A DNA stretch of 64,000 nt from Haliotis rufescens (Eukaryota): NCBI RefSeq assembly GCF_023055435.1, contig NW_025964361.1, forward strand, positions 33,356,001 to 33,420,000, given 5' to 3'. A program made the translations under genes and the position numbers. Positions 50,041 to 62,469 of the stretch are shown here, piece after piece. The notes under the pieces were generated by a model, which was given only the letters and a program-made list of their open reading frames with translations, made no database searches and was not told where the DNA came from. Within the stretch, counting starts at the first letter, position 1. Every line of letters begins with the position of its first letter.

Positions 50041-50703
50041 ATGGCCCTCCAGCTCGTCCTCATACTGGTCCTCCTCAGTCTGGTGGACGCTCACTCCGAC
50101 CACTGGGTCTACGACGTCCTCTTTGATCAACAACAAAACCTAACCTGTGACAATGACGTCTTCAACCCAGACAGGATGCCGACAGGAACAACCCTCCTCT
50201 GGACGCTACCGAGCGGCGAGATCATCCGACCACACGATGACCATTCCAAGATTGACATATCCTCTAGTGGCCACTGGATCCTGGTCAAGCATGTCCAAGA
50301 TGAAGATTTTGGCGTCTATAACTGCCTTGTATTTGTGCAGGGTAATCTGACCTACAGCATCCGTAAAGGAATTAACATACACGGTCCATATTGGGGGGAC
50401 CTGACGAAGAAGTACATTCCCTCGGTCGTTGTTGGTGCCATTGCTGCTGCTGTAACATTTGCCATCCTCTCTTTCCTTTGTTTCTGGTATGAAAGACATC
50501 AGGGCAAGGGGGAGGGGCTCATTGACAAGTATGAGGCGACGAGGAGGGCAGAGATGAGTGAAGATGGCGGCCAGTTAATGGTGGGTATGCACCTATTGAG
50601 GAAATCAAGTCGAGGGTGCCGGAAAAAAATGGGATTGAGCTGCCTCCCGTTACTACCAAATTGTGAAGATATCCATCAGCTATTGACTAGTCGTGACTCA
50701 TAA
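50041..50703 (+). CDS. Single-Ig-domain type I membrane protein, paralog 4 (probable tail frameshift; ancestral stop at 50666)
   Basis: Acceptor ttctttcAG at 50039; signal peptide MALQLVLILVLLSLVDA; NLTC..LLW..DEDFGVYNC; GINIHGPYWGDL; TM; the -1 frame after ~50570 ends PEKNGIELPPVTTKL*. Confidence 0.87.
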   Translation: MALQLVLILVLLSLVDAHSDHWVYDVLFDQQQNLTCDNDVFNPDRMPTGTTLLWTLPSGEIIRPHDDHSKIDISSSGHWILVKHVQDEDFGVYNCLVFVQGNLTYSIRKGINIHGPYWGDLTKKYIPSVVVGAIAAAVTFAILSFLCFWYERHQGKGEGLIDKYEATRRAEMSEDGGQLMVGMHLLRKSSRGCRKKMGLSCLPLLPNCEDIHQLLTSRDS

Positions 50704-51594
50704 ACACATAGGCCTTGCATGCATATCAGTGAGGCCTATCAATAGTGTCATGTCCTATGCATAATACATAAACATCACAAAAACATCAAACAGGACTGTT
50801 TTAAGACTGTTTTAGTCTGTTTGGTGAGGGAAACTAATTGTATGGTATGTTGGATTTGATTTCTCGTGTTTCATTCTTAAATTGACATGACGCAGAGTGA
50901 GAGTATACCACAATTCAATAATTCAACGATTAATATGGTTAACCCTTTAATTATTAGGTAGTTAACCAAGTGCTTCAGATTAATACATCATGGTATATTA
51001 TTGCTTACCTGATTTCAGTATTATTGTGTTATGTATACCGTGTACAGAGAAATAAACTCTAAATCACCGTTACCCTGCTTCCTAACTGTACTGTTACAAG
51101 AAAGAGAATGTAGTTCTACGATGTAACTATAAGCCATTACAAGTTGGGTATGATTGGAGCAATCGGGTGCGAGAGAGAGAGAGAGAGAGAGAAAATATTT
51201 GCAGGAATTATAGAGATTTGCAGGATTATTGGATATTTCATGCCCCGAAGTTTTAACGCCATCGCTTCCTATTGAACCTTCCATCAACATTTCTTTTTCC
51301 GTCACTAAATAACATTGGATTCAGTTTTTGTTTCCAAATTGTATTTTTTGAGGTGTATGCTGTTTATCTTCATTGTTTGTTTGAATAATCCTTTAGAAAC
51401 ATTTTTTGGGGAAAAGAGTATCAATGCATAATGCTAGGTTTTCGTTTTGTTTAGTTTGTTTGTTTAATGGTTAAGGTAGTATTTAGCCTGATTCAGTCTA
51501 CGTACAGTGAAGAGGATTGTTTTTCAATTGTTGCATAACTTTTGAAAATAATGTTTAAAAAACAAGCGGAAAAGTAAGAGATTCAACGAAAAAT

Positions 51595-51600
51595 AAAAAA
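51595..51600 (-). terminator. Pol III oligo-T terminator of tRNA-iMet
   Basis: T6 run 4 nt downstream of the tRNA 3' end on the minus strand. Confidence 0.8.
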
Positions 51601-51604
51601 CGTG

Positions 51605-51676
51605 TAGCAGAGCGTGGTTTCGATCCACGGACCTCTGGGTTATGGGCCCAGCACGCTTCCACTGCGCCACTCTGCT
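51605..51676 (-). tRNA. tRNA-iMet: Initiator tRNA-Met (CAT), 72 nt
   Basis: AGCAGAGTGGCGCAGTGGAAGCGTGCTGGGCCCATAACCCAGAGGTCCGTGGATCGAAACCACGCTCTGCTA: A1-U72 pair, GGG/CCC anticodon stem and ATCGAAA T-loop, the eukaryotic initiator hallmarks. Confidence 0.97.
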
Positions 51677-51889
51677 CCTTGTTCATCGGATGCGAATATA
51701 AGGTTAAAAGGTAAACATCAAAAGCAAAGTCGGTCTTGCTTCGGGTGTGATTATGTTTCCACACGCTTTTATCGTTTTTTTACCTCAATATTGAATAAAA
51801 TGTGCATTTAATTGGAATATAAGACTTCGAATGTTCTTTTCCGAAATATATTTGACTAGGCTTCTGCCAGCAAGTACGTCGATTCTAAG

Positions 51890-52052
51890 CGTGCCCATGC
51901 GGACGCGCAGTTTTACGGTGAATCCAGATGATGATTTTCAAGGGAATTAACTAAATTACTTCCGGTTTAGCAGACGGTTTCGTGAAAATATCCTGATGGC
52001 ACAATGACATAAGCAAATAACAAATTACAAGTGGACGGACCAAGTGGTAAGA
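51890..52052 (+). promoter_or_regulatory. Candidate Pol II promoter / first non-coding exon divergent from the tRNA
   Basis: CpG patch, ETS-type ACTTCCGG (~51958-51965) and donor GTG|gtaaga at ~52047. Confidence 0.3.
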
Positions 52053-53456
52053 CTTTATTTCATATTGAATCTTGAAAATGTAAAACAGGTTTCAATAGTT
52101 ACAGAAATGCTTTCAGATTCAACAGTATCAATGAGTCGTGACTCATAAACACACAGGCCTATCAGTAGTATCAATCCTATGCATAACACACAAACGTCCG
52201 ATGCTTTAGATTGCTAGAGCTATAAGCTGGGGAACTTATATATTTTGTCTTGAATATCTGATCAACATGCTCAAGTCATGGTTGATAAAAACCCGCCTAA
52301 ATTTACATCATGAACACAAAGTCATATGAGTTTTGGATTTCTGCCGTTTTACAAGTTTTTTTTGTAGAAGTTTAAATGCAAAGAACAGTTGGATCTACTT
52401 CTTTCCATGCTTTCGATCTTCATGGCACGGGACCACATATAGTCCCAAGAAAACATCCCTTTTCAACTGTGAATTAAAATGTCAAACTGTGCAAAAACTG
52501 AACATAATAAACATCATCACCACAATCATCTCAGCTTAACATTGAGTCCTTCAATATGGCGAGATGAGTAAAGTGCATGCTTCTCTACCTTTTTGGCCAT
52601 ACAATGAATGTCAAGCCAAATGTTTGATGCGAAATACACCGAAATTGACACTGAAACCTATATGGATGTAACTGAAATTTAGTCAGGATATATATTCAAA
52701 ACAGGGAGCACCTTTATAATACAGTACCACAACTCGTGAGGAAGATATCTGACATAGGTCATGTGTCTCAAAGACAAGCAACCAGTTTTTGTGAGAATCT
52801 GTCGGATGCTTAATTACTCGTGATAGCTAACCGACTGAACGTGACGTCCACACTGTAATATTAAGTGCAAATATACCTGGTCTTGCCTACCCTGTTAAGG
52901 AACTGAACGAAAAGGGTAGAATAGATGACAGACACTTACGAAGGTCACAGGTAGGCATGGTGTCTCGTGACTTGAGTCTACCTACACTTACAAGTGATCC
53001 CGATGTCATGTGGCACACTCTTCGTAATCTTCAAGATACCGAGTGGTGAGGAATGAGCCGATATGGCGCGAACAGGAAACAGCTCCAGGCATCCGACGTC
53101 GATTGACATGGTCTTTAATAATTCATCGGGTGATTTTTGTGACAGAAAAGTGTGGTAGGGAACACCATAAGGATAATGTGGATAATAGTAAGGAACAAGG
53201 GAGGCATATAAGAATGGCTTGTGACGACACAAGGGTAAGTTTTTGTGTGAAGAATATTAGGAGCCACTATAGAATCTGAAATAGCCACAAATGGGCACCT
53301 AACCCTAATGATCGTAAAGCTAGGGTTCATAGATCATGAAGGGGATCCAAGGGCTAATAGAGTTTGGGTAATCTAATAGCCACTAACCTTACCCCTAATG
53401 ATCGTGAAGTGGTGATTGATCGAAAAGGGGATCCAAGGGCTAAGGATAGATTTCAG

Positions 53457-56029
53457 GGTCTAGATTTTCAAAACGATCGTAATAGCCCTAAAATTATCAT
53501 AAAGTTATCGTAAGGAAATAGTAGGCTATTGTAGCCTATTTTAGAAACTATCGTAGCCCTAAGATATCTTAAGTTTGTCGTAAATCTAAGATAGCCCCAT
53601 ACCTGTTGTAAGTTTATTTTATTTTCATCCAAGATGGAGGCATACTTTACCATAGATAGTTTGCCAAACAATTAGTCTGCTTTACGTTCAAACATTGACA
53701 TTTCATTTTGTTAAACTGTGTGATTAAAAACACAAAGAACGCTTCAATGATTTCACGTCAGAAATGTTCTTAATATCGCCAGCGATCCACACAACTATGG
53801 AGTCAATAGCTTAAAATGTATTTCAATCCAAGTCCATGCTGAAGAAGTGTGAAACAACATACCTTTTCGATAATTTGGGAAGGATGAAAATGGAAGGTGT
53901 CGGCAGGCTATAGTTATGACCGTGACCATATTGATAACTCAGGGGCAGCTAATCTTAGTTCATACTCTAGTTGGGAGTGGTTAGCCTTTGTATTCACCCG
54001 GCGAGAGTTTGCTCAATGTTACAGTTTTCATAAAGCACAGAGTTCCGCTGTTATATTTTTTGGATTGCATTTGTGTCAATGCTGTAGTCTTTATTTTCGC
54101 ATTTTATAAAATTATTACAATGTACATATATAAAAAACCCATAAAGGTTTGCATCAGTTTTTACATCTAAAATCGTGTGGGACAAGCGGTTTTAACAGTT
54201 GAATTTTAACTATACAGTGTAGTATTTATTGACTTAACAAGGAAATGCATGTGATCAAATATTTGTATGGTATATTTAATATTTTTCATGCAAAAGTAAT
54301 TGTTTTTTTTGTTTCGTTTTAAATACATTACCTAGGTTATCTATACTATTGAAAGACAAATATTTGATAACAAGTGATTAAAAGCAAGTGATTACTTTCT
54401 TTTGGAACAGGTGATTTACAGCACGTAGATGTATTCCAGTAAATATAACAATTTATTGAAATTTTGACAGCAAAAGTCAAGCACAGATTTTCGTATCGAA
54501 AAATCAAATAAGAAATGGGTTCCCCATCTTCCCGAGGCGAGAGAGTTAACTGACTTTAAAAGTCCAGTTTCCACCCTTGCCGAACTAGGCTGGAAATACT
54601 GGGCACGATCGTAGCATCACCAGTAGCTATTACCAGTTATGTCCCTTTTAAGCCTCTCCTATGGACCAATCAGATTCCATCACTTGCGTTTGCTTCACAC
54701 AAAATGGTGGCGCCCAGGACGATCTGATCGATAATCAAGATCTATATTGTGATTAAACGGGTCTTGCATCGCAAAATGCATCAAATCACGTAAGCACCTT
54801 GATTAAAAACATGAAAAGATTTGGAAAATATCTGCTGACAACGAGTTGGCGGTGCACATGCTTTGCAAATCCTGCAATCGATCGAAATCTGCACGACAGT
54901 TTACGAACCGGATTTCGATTTCGGTGCGCGATTTTGATTGGACTATGTATAGACTTGTTAGTCAAGCCAAAATGTAACTCCATAATAGTTCATACCAGCC
55001 TGGTTCAGCAAGGGTGGAAACTGGACTTTTATAGTCAGTTAACTCTCTTGCCTCGGGAAGATGTGGGTTCCCATGCTCGTTCAGGTTTAAATGTCGTAAA
55101 AAGTAGCATAGTTCGAACATTGTCCAAAATTCACCTTCCAATATATGTTAGCAGAAAACGTTTATTGAATGAAATTTACTTATCAATATAAAATAGACAT
55201 TTTTAACACAATAACCTTTGATTTTTGCATTCAATAAACCGATTTTGAAGTATTAATTGATTTTGGTCATTTTTGCTAATTAAATGTACATCTACCCATC
55301 TTATGTTTAAAAAAATATAGATACTTGAGACCATTCAGACAATAAAATTGTTGTAAAGTATAGGGTCAACGGACAAATACTAGTAAATGATCCTCAGCAA
55401 TGCTGTCAGACAAGCCAAACATCATTGAACTACGTTCTGGAATAGATTTGATACATTTACAACGTATTTCACTCCTCAGTAAGATTTAAATGAAATCAGA
55501 CAAATCAGTTTATTAGCTCTACTTAATTTAAAAGGATAGAAATGGACTACATTATATGCATGTTCCATGAGACAACATAACTTGATAATTCATAAATTAT
55601 CTCTCTTTGCAAATGAAAATTATTGTCACTTTTAAATTTTGAAAGGAATTATGGCATCTTTTATCATAAGAACAAAACGTCTACATGTAGGACATTTGAA
55701 GCATTGTAAGGAATTTCACTCAAATAGTTGCGTGTTAAACAATGTGACCTGACAATGTGATCATGAGTTCCGTGTCACTTTTCCATGTTGTTGTTACTGT
55801 CAGCGTCTGGGAAATCCCTGTGACGTCATTGGGAAACACCCTGTTTTTTCAGTCTCTAACACAAATGAGTTCTCTATCAGAGTTACAATAGCTATCATAT
55901 CTTTGTGAGATCTGCGACAGGTTTACGATAGATTTTGAAAATGTATCTTATCTTAAACTTAGATATCTTATCTTTGAACGTAAGTTGTTAAGATTTATCG
56001 TAGCTAAGATCGTTTCGAAAATCTAGACC
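53457..56029. mobile_element. 2.6-kb non-autonomous PIF/Harbinger-like element
   Basis: TIRs GGTCTAGATTTTCAAAACGATC / GATCGTTTCGAAAATCTAGACC; TSD CAG; subterminal atcgta repeats. Confidence 0.78.
54525..55063. mobile_element. Intact Mutator-like MITE family M1
   Basis: ~70-bp TIRs; perfect 9-bp TSD tgggttccc. Confidence 0.93.
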
Positions 56030-58604
56030 CAGGTTACCGAGCCTAACACAGCAGGCTATATTTAGTAAAAAATATTCAAAACTCTCAACACGGACTTATT
56101 CAATGACATTGCGTGTAGAGATGATAGATCACTGGTCGAAGCTTATGCACACTCTCTGGCCCCTGGCATTGTTTTACACACACACACCATATCTGAATAG
56201 AAAAATTAATGGATGCTCCCTCAGCAAGTGTGAAAATGTTTCCATGGTTACTAGAATGAATGCAGTATGAAATGATTCTGTATTCCAAGGCTGTCTCGTT
56301 TACTCATTGTGTATATGACAGTTCAAACAACTGTGATATTATACTGCTTCAGTTGAAGTACTGTGCACAGATAGGTCGCTTGATCAACTGAGTTGTCTCC
56401 CTTATCCTACTGTGCATCAATCCTCATTTGGTTTCCACATATAGACTTGGGAAATATGTGGGATATGCAAGATAGTGTTCAGTTTTAATTCTTTCTCACT
56501 CTCCTGCATGCCTATGCCACCCAGAAATAATGTATATATAATTATTGTATCTGTATTTTTTTAATGTTGTTCCAGGATAAAGGAATATGTCTGTTTATCA
56601 TTGTGTTAATCAGAAATTATAGAACTGAATCTATCTTTCACACATTATTTTCAGCTTTGTATGTGAAATAAATGAATCCAATAGATATTTGAAGCCAACA
56701 TTTGTAGTTTCTCATGTTCATCATATGCCTTTTCAAGTTACACCCCCTGGAGCCAGGTAAGTTATGGAATCTACTGGAAGAATTTCAATCATTTGAAATG
56801 TAGAGCTCACTGAACATTGTTGAAATGATGTATTGTTAGCTCACCTTGATATATGTATCACAAGTTAGCGTCTTTATTGGCCTGCTTTTCCATTGTCCAT
56901 TCTCTGTGAACTTGGACGTTGAACGTTATCTATGAGGACACGTCGCACTGTGTTGAAACTGAGAATGAAACCTAACTATTGTGCATGGTTATAACATTAT
57001 GCAAAACTACACTTTAGTCTCAAACACAGGTGCCATGAGCTGATATTGTCCAGCTTGTCACTCTGACTATTTGTCTATTTAATATTACAGTATTACTGCA
57101 ATAGTCCTTACAACCTTTCTCTAGTCTCTGAATAGTGACATGTCAAACTCTGACATCACTTGCAATTTGGTTGCATGGTTGATGATATTTATGTCATGGT
57201 TGCATGGTTGATAATATTTATTGGTAGAACAATAGCATGACATCACTGGAGGTTTATACATTTTTATTTCATTTGGTCACAAGTAGTGATCAAAAGTGTT
57301 ATGTCCGACATGTGTTTACTGTTGACTAGAGGTAAACACAGTTGGGTGAGGAGACGACCTTAGTGGAGGCTGACCCTACAGATGACAGGGTTGGTGGGTG
57401 GTGTGCTGGACTGGTTCCTTGACTTCCATGGTAGCTGCTACTGAAGTTACCGGCGTTGAAGATTAGGTCTACATTGTGAAATCACAATGTTCTCTAACCT
57501 CATTGTCACTTCGCTGGCAAGGTGTACTTGAAAACATATTTGATTTTATTATGCTTGTGAATAATGTGACTAGTTTGATAAATGTTTGAATGTCGAAAGG
57601 AAATTTCAGAACTGTAGTGGTTATGATGTATATAACACATGATGAATCTAAGGGACCTTGTTTTTGATCGTGGTAATGATGGAAACCTGAACTATATCAT
57701 ATTGTGTTACCTTGATAAAAACATTATTTTGCATACAAAATTCACTTTTTGATCAGTAAATCTTAAAACTGATACAAAGAGTAATATGTGTATACTGTGG
57801 CAGTGAACCCTGTCAGCATGCTTACATTCTCAGGAAAAATGATTTAACAAATAGTTCTGATTTCAAGAAATTAATAGTTTTGTGTTTATTATAAACAGTT
57901 TTATTCACAAGTGTTTGAAAAGATGTAAAATATTATTCTAAAGTTTTTAGTTCAATTAAAAAAGATGTGATACAAAGAATTTAGCTCCCAGCTTTTATCC
58001 AGCCATATTGGTAAACCAAGAAAGTATTCCACTCCATGTGGTAGAGATCAATGTTTTTATACCAGATTTCACCCTACTTTGATATTGATTATGAAAATGA
58101 TCCTTCCTCCTGAGATGTAACTCCCTAGTGTCCTATGGACAAATCCTCAAAATTGTACACATGTGCAGTCATTATAGACAAATCCAAAAGCCGATAAGAG
58201 CACTGAAAAACAATGACACATAAAAAAACTATAACATATGTAAAACAGGCCTAGGAACAGCGTACATTAGGAAAGTAGCATCAAAATACATTAGGAAAGT
58301 AGCATTAGTGAAAGTGCTCCAGGCTTGTGTCAAGTCCTGTCACTGCTTTACACAGGCTGTGTAATCATGTCTATAGATGGGATTTTTAATACTGTATTCC
58401 ATGAAGATGTACCTGAAGTCACCAGAGTATGGGGGTGTGATCACAACAGCTGTATATGTACAGCATGCAACAACTGTAGAAGAGAGGGGAGGAGCCAATT
58501 TCAGAACACTCATGGAAGAATTAGCCCCTCACTCACAGTAGTAATCCTGCCCCGTGGTAAAGGACTGGAACATACTCTGGTATCTGGTTCATGCCCTGTT
58601 TTCT

Positions 58605-58806
58605 AAGAAAGCGTACAACTTTATGGATAACAACTTCTGTTTTAATGCATATTGCAACCTTTCAATTTAGATTGTTACGTACCAGATTTTGGGGTAAGAA
58701 ACTACATTGAAATGTCACAAGATGCAATAAACCAGTAGTTGTTGTCCATAAAGTTGTATGTTTTCTTACTTACTTACCAACTTCTAGAATGCCAATCAAA
58801 CAGTTA
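58605..58806 (+). mobile_element. Penelope-type foldback element
   Basis: Inverted arms, tail ccaacttctagaatgccaatcaaac, near-perfect 11-bp TSD ccctg(t/a)tttct. Confidence 0.7.
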
Positions 58807-60149
58807 CCCTGATTTCTGACACAATGCTGTATATGCAAAAGTTTTGAATAGTGAAATAAATGTTCAATTATTTTGAAAGTGGTATAAATTAAATATATCA
58901 GATTTCTGTTGTTATCCACAGTATTACAAATACTGATTAAATATTTCTCATAGATACTGAAGTTTAATTTAACTTGTGACATCTTTTCTTAAAACATATT
59001 AAGCATGTCAGTTTGCCATGTTTATTGCATGTTAATAAATACATGACAAGGTCATAACATTTTATTGCCCAGGAATGCAATACTTTTCATATGTTAACAA
59101 CATATTTGTCATGTGTAGCTTACATTTTATAAAATAGGTCAAGATTAGATCTAAATGTGTGTAAGCTTTTTATGCGCATCTAAGAATATAGCCCTTCTAT
59201 ATGCCAGAACTTCATTTATGTTGGTTTGTAATGGAGGTCGTTTACTACTCGTACTGTAGAGAGTTTGCTGAAGCGTGCCCTGGATCCCGCAATGCCCATT
59301 TACTGCAGGGTTCCCTTGCTAGAAAGGGCGTACATTTGTTACTCCTAAGTTAAGTAATACACTCTACAGTGAGTAAACAGTTTGAATAGTTCTTTGATGC
59401 GTAGACTTCAGCATGTATAATGTTAAGTTACAGAATAATATTGATAAAGGAGAACCCACGTTGAAGATTTGAAGGTCATTTAAAGAAATGTAACGTACAC
59501 TGTGCAGTGATGCTTGTGGACTATTTTCGTATTGAAATTTCCGTTTCTTCAGATGTTCCAGGTATTGAAAAGAGTCCTAATAAGTAGTCTTTTAAAGAAG
59601 TTTATTTAGCATGTTTAAGGCTTGGTATGTATTGTGTTTTTAATTTTGTCTATTTTGATAAATTGTTTGCTCAAACTTTCTGTAACCTTTGAGCATAAAA
59701 TACATGCAAAATGTTAACAGATGCGTGGGATGCTTGCACGTTAAAGCTAGGAAAATCTGCCTCTTGATTGGCCTCTATGAGCCTGCAACAGCCACCAACC
59801 TGTGTCTAGTAAACTTCAGTTCAGAATATTTATTCATCACAGATATTTATATTTCACACAATAACATTAGATTCTATTGAATATGAGGCTAAGAGCCAAG
59901 TTTAGGCCAGTTTTCTCAAGAGTTTTTAGCTGAGACTGCCCTATTCACGTTATCCTATGTGGTAAGAACTATTATTTGACACTACAGTTTCTTACAATTT
60001 TTCAATCATGAATCTCGATTCCTTGAACTTTTCTTGTTAGGAGCACCTATTGTCATCAGCTATGCATGTATTGCTGTAAGTATCTGATGAAGGTAGCAGT
60101 CTTCCCAGGCTAGTGAACTCAAGAATGGAATGCACACAAAATCAAACCA

Positions 60150-60224
60150 CGACATGGGTACAATGTGTGAAGCCCATTTCTGGTGTCCCCCGCCATGATA
60201 TTGCTGGAATATTGCTACACTTAC
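60150..60224 (+). mobile_element. 5'-truncated SINE family A
   Basis: Body match; 8-bp TSD tcaaacca. Confidence 0.8.
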
Positions 60225-62469
60225 TCAAACCAAGACAAATGAATGTACTTACTGCTGGCAATCTCCCCATGGTATTGCATAGCAGTAAGCAGCCTGAATC
60301 AGAGTCTCTGGGGTTATCTACCCCCAACTTGTCTTTTGGTGTGGAGATTTTGGTGTAATGTATCGACATCAATTACAGGGATCTAACTGTTACCCTGTGG
60401 CCTGGTAAAAAAAAGGCTTGCTGAAATGTAAAGTAGAATTTTTTTTAAATTGGACACTGCTTGTGAATCGTGTAATTTCAATGAGAAGATATAAAGGGGG
60501 GCTGAGGTCGTGTGAATGGTTAACTCAAAGATCACCTCTGTATAACGACACAGCTGGTGGCCATTTTGTAATGTTCTATACAACAAAAACATCTTTATTT
60601 GCTCATAAAAGTAGCCATGAAATGATGCAAATGGAAGCCAACATTTGATCTCAGAGTGCAGGAAAAAAGACTTTTAGGGGTGAGGAGTTTTTGGAGCCCC
60701 CTGGGTAACTCAGTCACTCAGTTTTGGGGCATTTAGTTTGGAGAAGAGCCTGTAACTTTTGAAAGGAGCAAGCCCTCCTGGTACATACTATTCCTTCCCT
60801 GCTATTAACTGAATTTTAGCAAGTTTTTTTTTTTGGGGGGGGGGGGGGGGGGTAGGAGTTTGGACCCCTCCCTTTTTATGAATTCTGGATCAGCCCTTGT
60901 CCAAGCAAAAGGGAGACTCTGAAATGGTGGCTAAAGCCACAGATTGCAGTGAGTGTCCTTTTTGGTAGGTTGAAGGGCAAAGAAATAGTGCGAAGAGATG
61001 TTGAACATATGCGACATCAGAAAGTCGATTTACATCCTTAGACATACCAGACAACAAAATGTATATTCGATTTCTTTCAAAGCTTGACCTTGAGCATATG
61101 CAACATCTGTCAATGACGATGGGAGGAGATAATGTAAACATGATTTATTTATGAAGTCCATTTTTAAAAGTCCAGTGACGTAAGTAGGTCAATGTGTCAT
61201 TTCTCACATTCATATAGGCGACCCTGGAGCAGATTGTTCCATTGTGTGCGTTCATCGTTCACCTTGAGACTGGGACTGAGGACATAATGATCCTGGGTAG
61301 AATATACAATACATCCACAGGCATCATCTGTGTTTTGACAAGTCAACCCCTTCTTGGCTTCTCATGGGTGGAATAAATAGGCCCCCCATGTGTGCCCAAT
61401 ATCTGGGTTAAAATTATATACTGTCCCAATATCTGGGGTAAATTATGAAATGTTATCACTCTTGGAGTGAGTGAGCAAAATTTGTTTTGTTTCAGTGCAC
61501 CATATGATAGTGGCCTGTTAGGGTTACAAATTATTTTCATGCTAAAATGATCTGCAGAGAGTTGGCATTTGGTGGTAATCCACTTGGAAATATCAATAGT
61601 CCTTCCTGAATGTTATGAGTCATGGACTAACAGACTTTTGTTAATTTCAAACTCTGCCTGTATATTTGAGTCATCAATGGCTGGTGGTATAAGGAAGCAT
61701 GTTTGTCCTTATGGCTGAATGCACCATGGTTGGCTGTCCATGGTTTTCATTATACATGGCAAATATGATGCAAGTAACTGCACAGTCTGTCCTGAATAAG
61801 TTTACATTTACTAGCCACAAATTTGCTCTGGGCATCATTTTCGGTAGATTTTTGTCTTGGATATAAGGATATATGTTATGCAGGATATCCTCGCCAGTGA
61901 AACATATATTGTGATTTGATTCACTGATCAAGTGATAAACACCTCTGACCTGCATTTGCTTTATGGTAATGCTGAGATCATGGTTCACATTGTCGATGAC
62001 AGGTTGCTTCATCCAGGCGTGATAACACATTTCTGAGCGTGCCAACCACTTTTTGGTACGCCATATGCTGAGCCTGTTTAAGTGGCCTGTTAAGTGGCTT
62101 TCTGGATGATGCAATGCAGTACGCTGGATGCCATGAAATGTTTATCTGGTATGCGGATGCCAATATTTCAATGTTGAAATCTTTTTTTCATCTGTTTTTT
62201 GTAAAGAGCTTAAAATCAATAACATACTTAGTAAAGCTTATAAACATGCATGGTCATGCATTCTATGTAAAAATCCTTGTCTAGTTAGTTCTGTAACAGC
62301 TGTGTACACTGACATAACTAAATACTTCTTAAATTGATTTCCAAGACAAATTAAGTGGTATGCCAGATGCCTAGAGTGGGGTGCACCCTCATTTCTGGTC
62401 CCTTTGAAATATCTGAAATGTTATCCTGTTTGCTGGACTCAGTTTTGATGGGACCTCTCTCAAAGCACT

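Noticed and set aside
50558-50574. GT...AG micro-intron that would restore the TTKL frame
   Set aside because: 17 nt is too short for a normal spliceosomal intron in animals.
51555-51811. ORFs overlapping the tRNA gene
   Set aside because: Incidental translations of tRNA-iMet.
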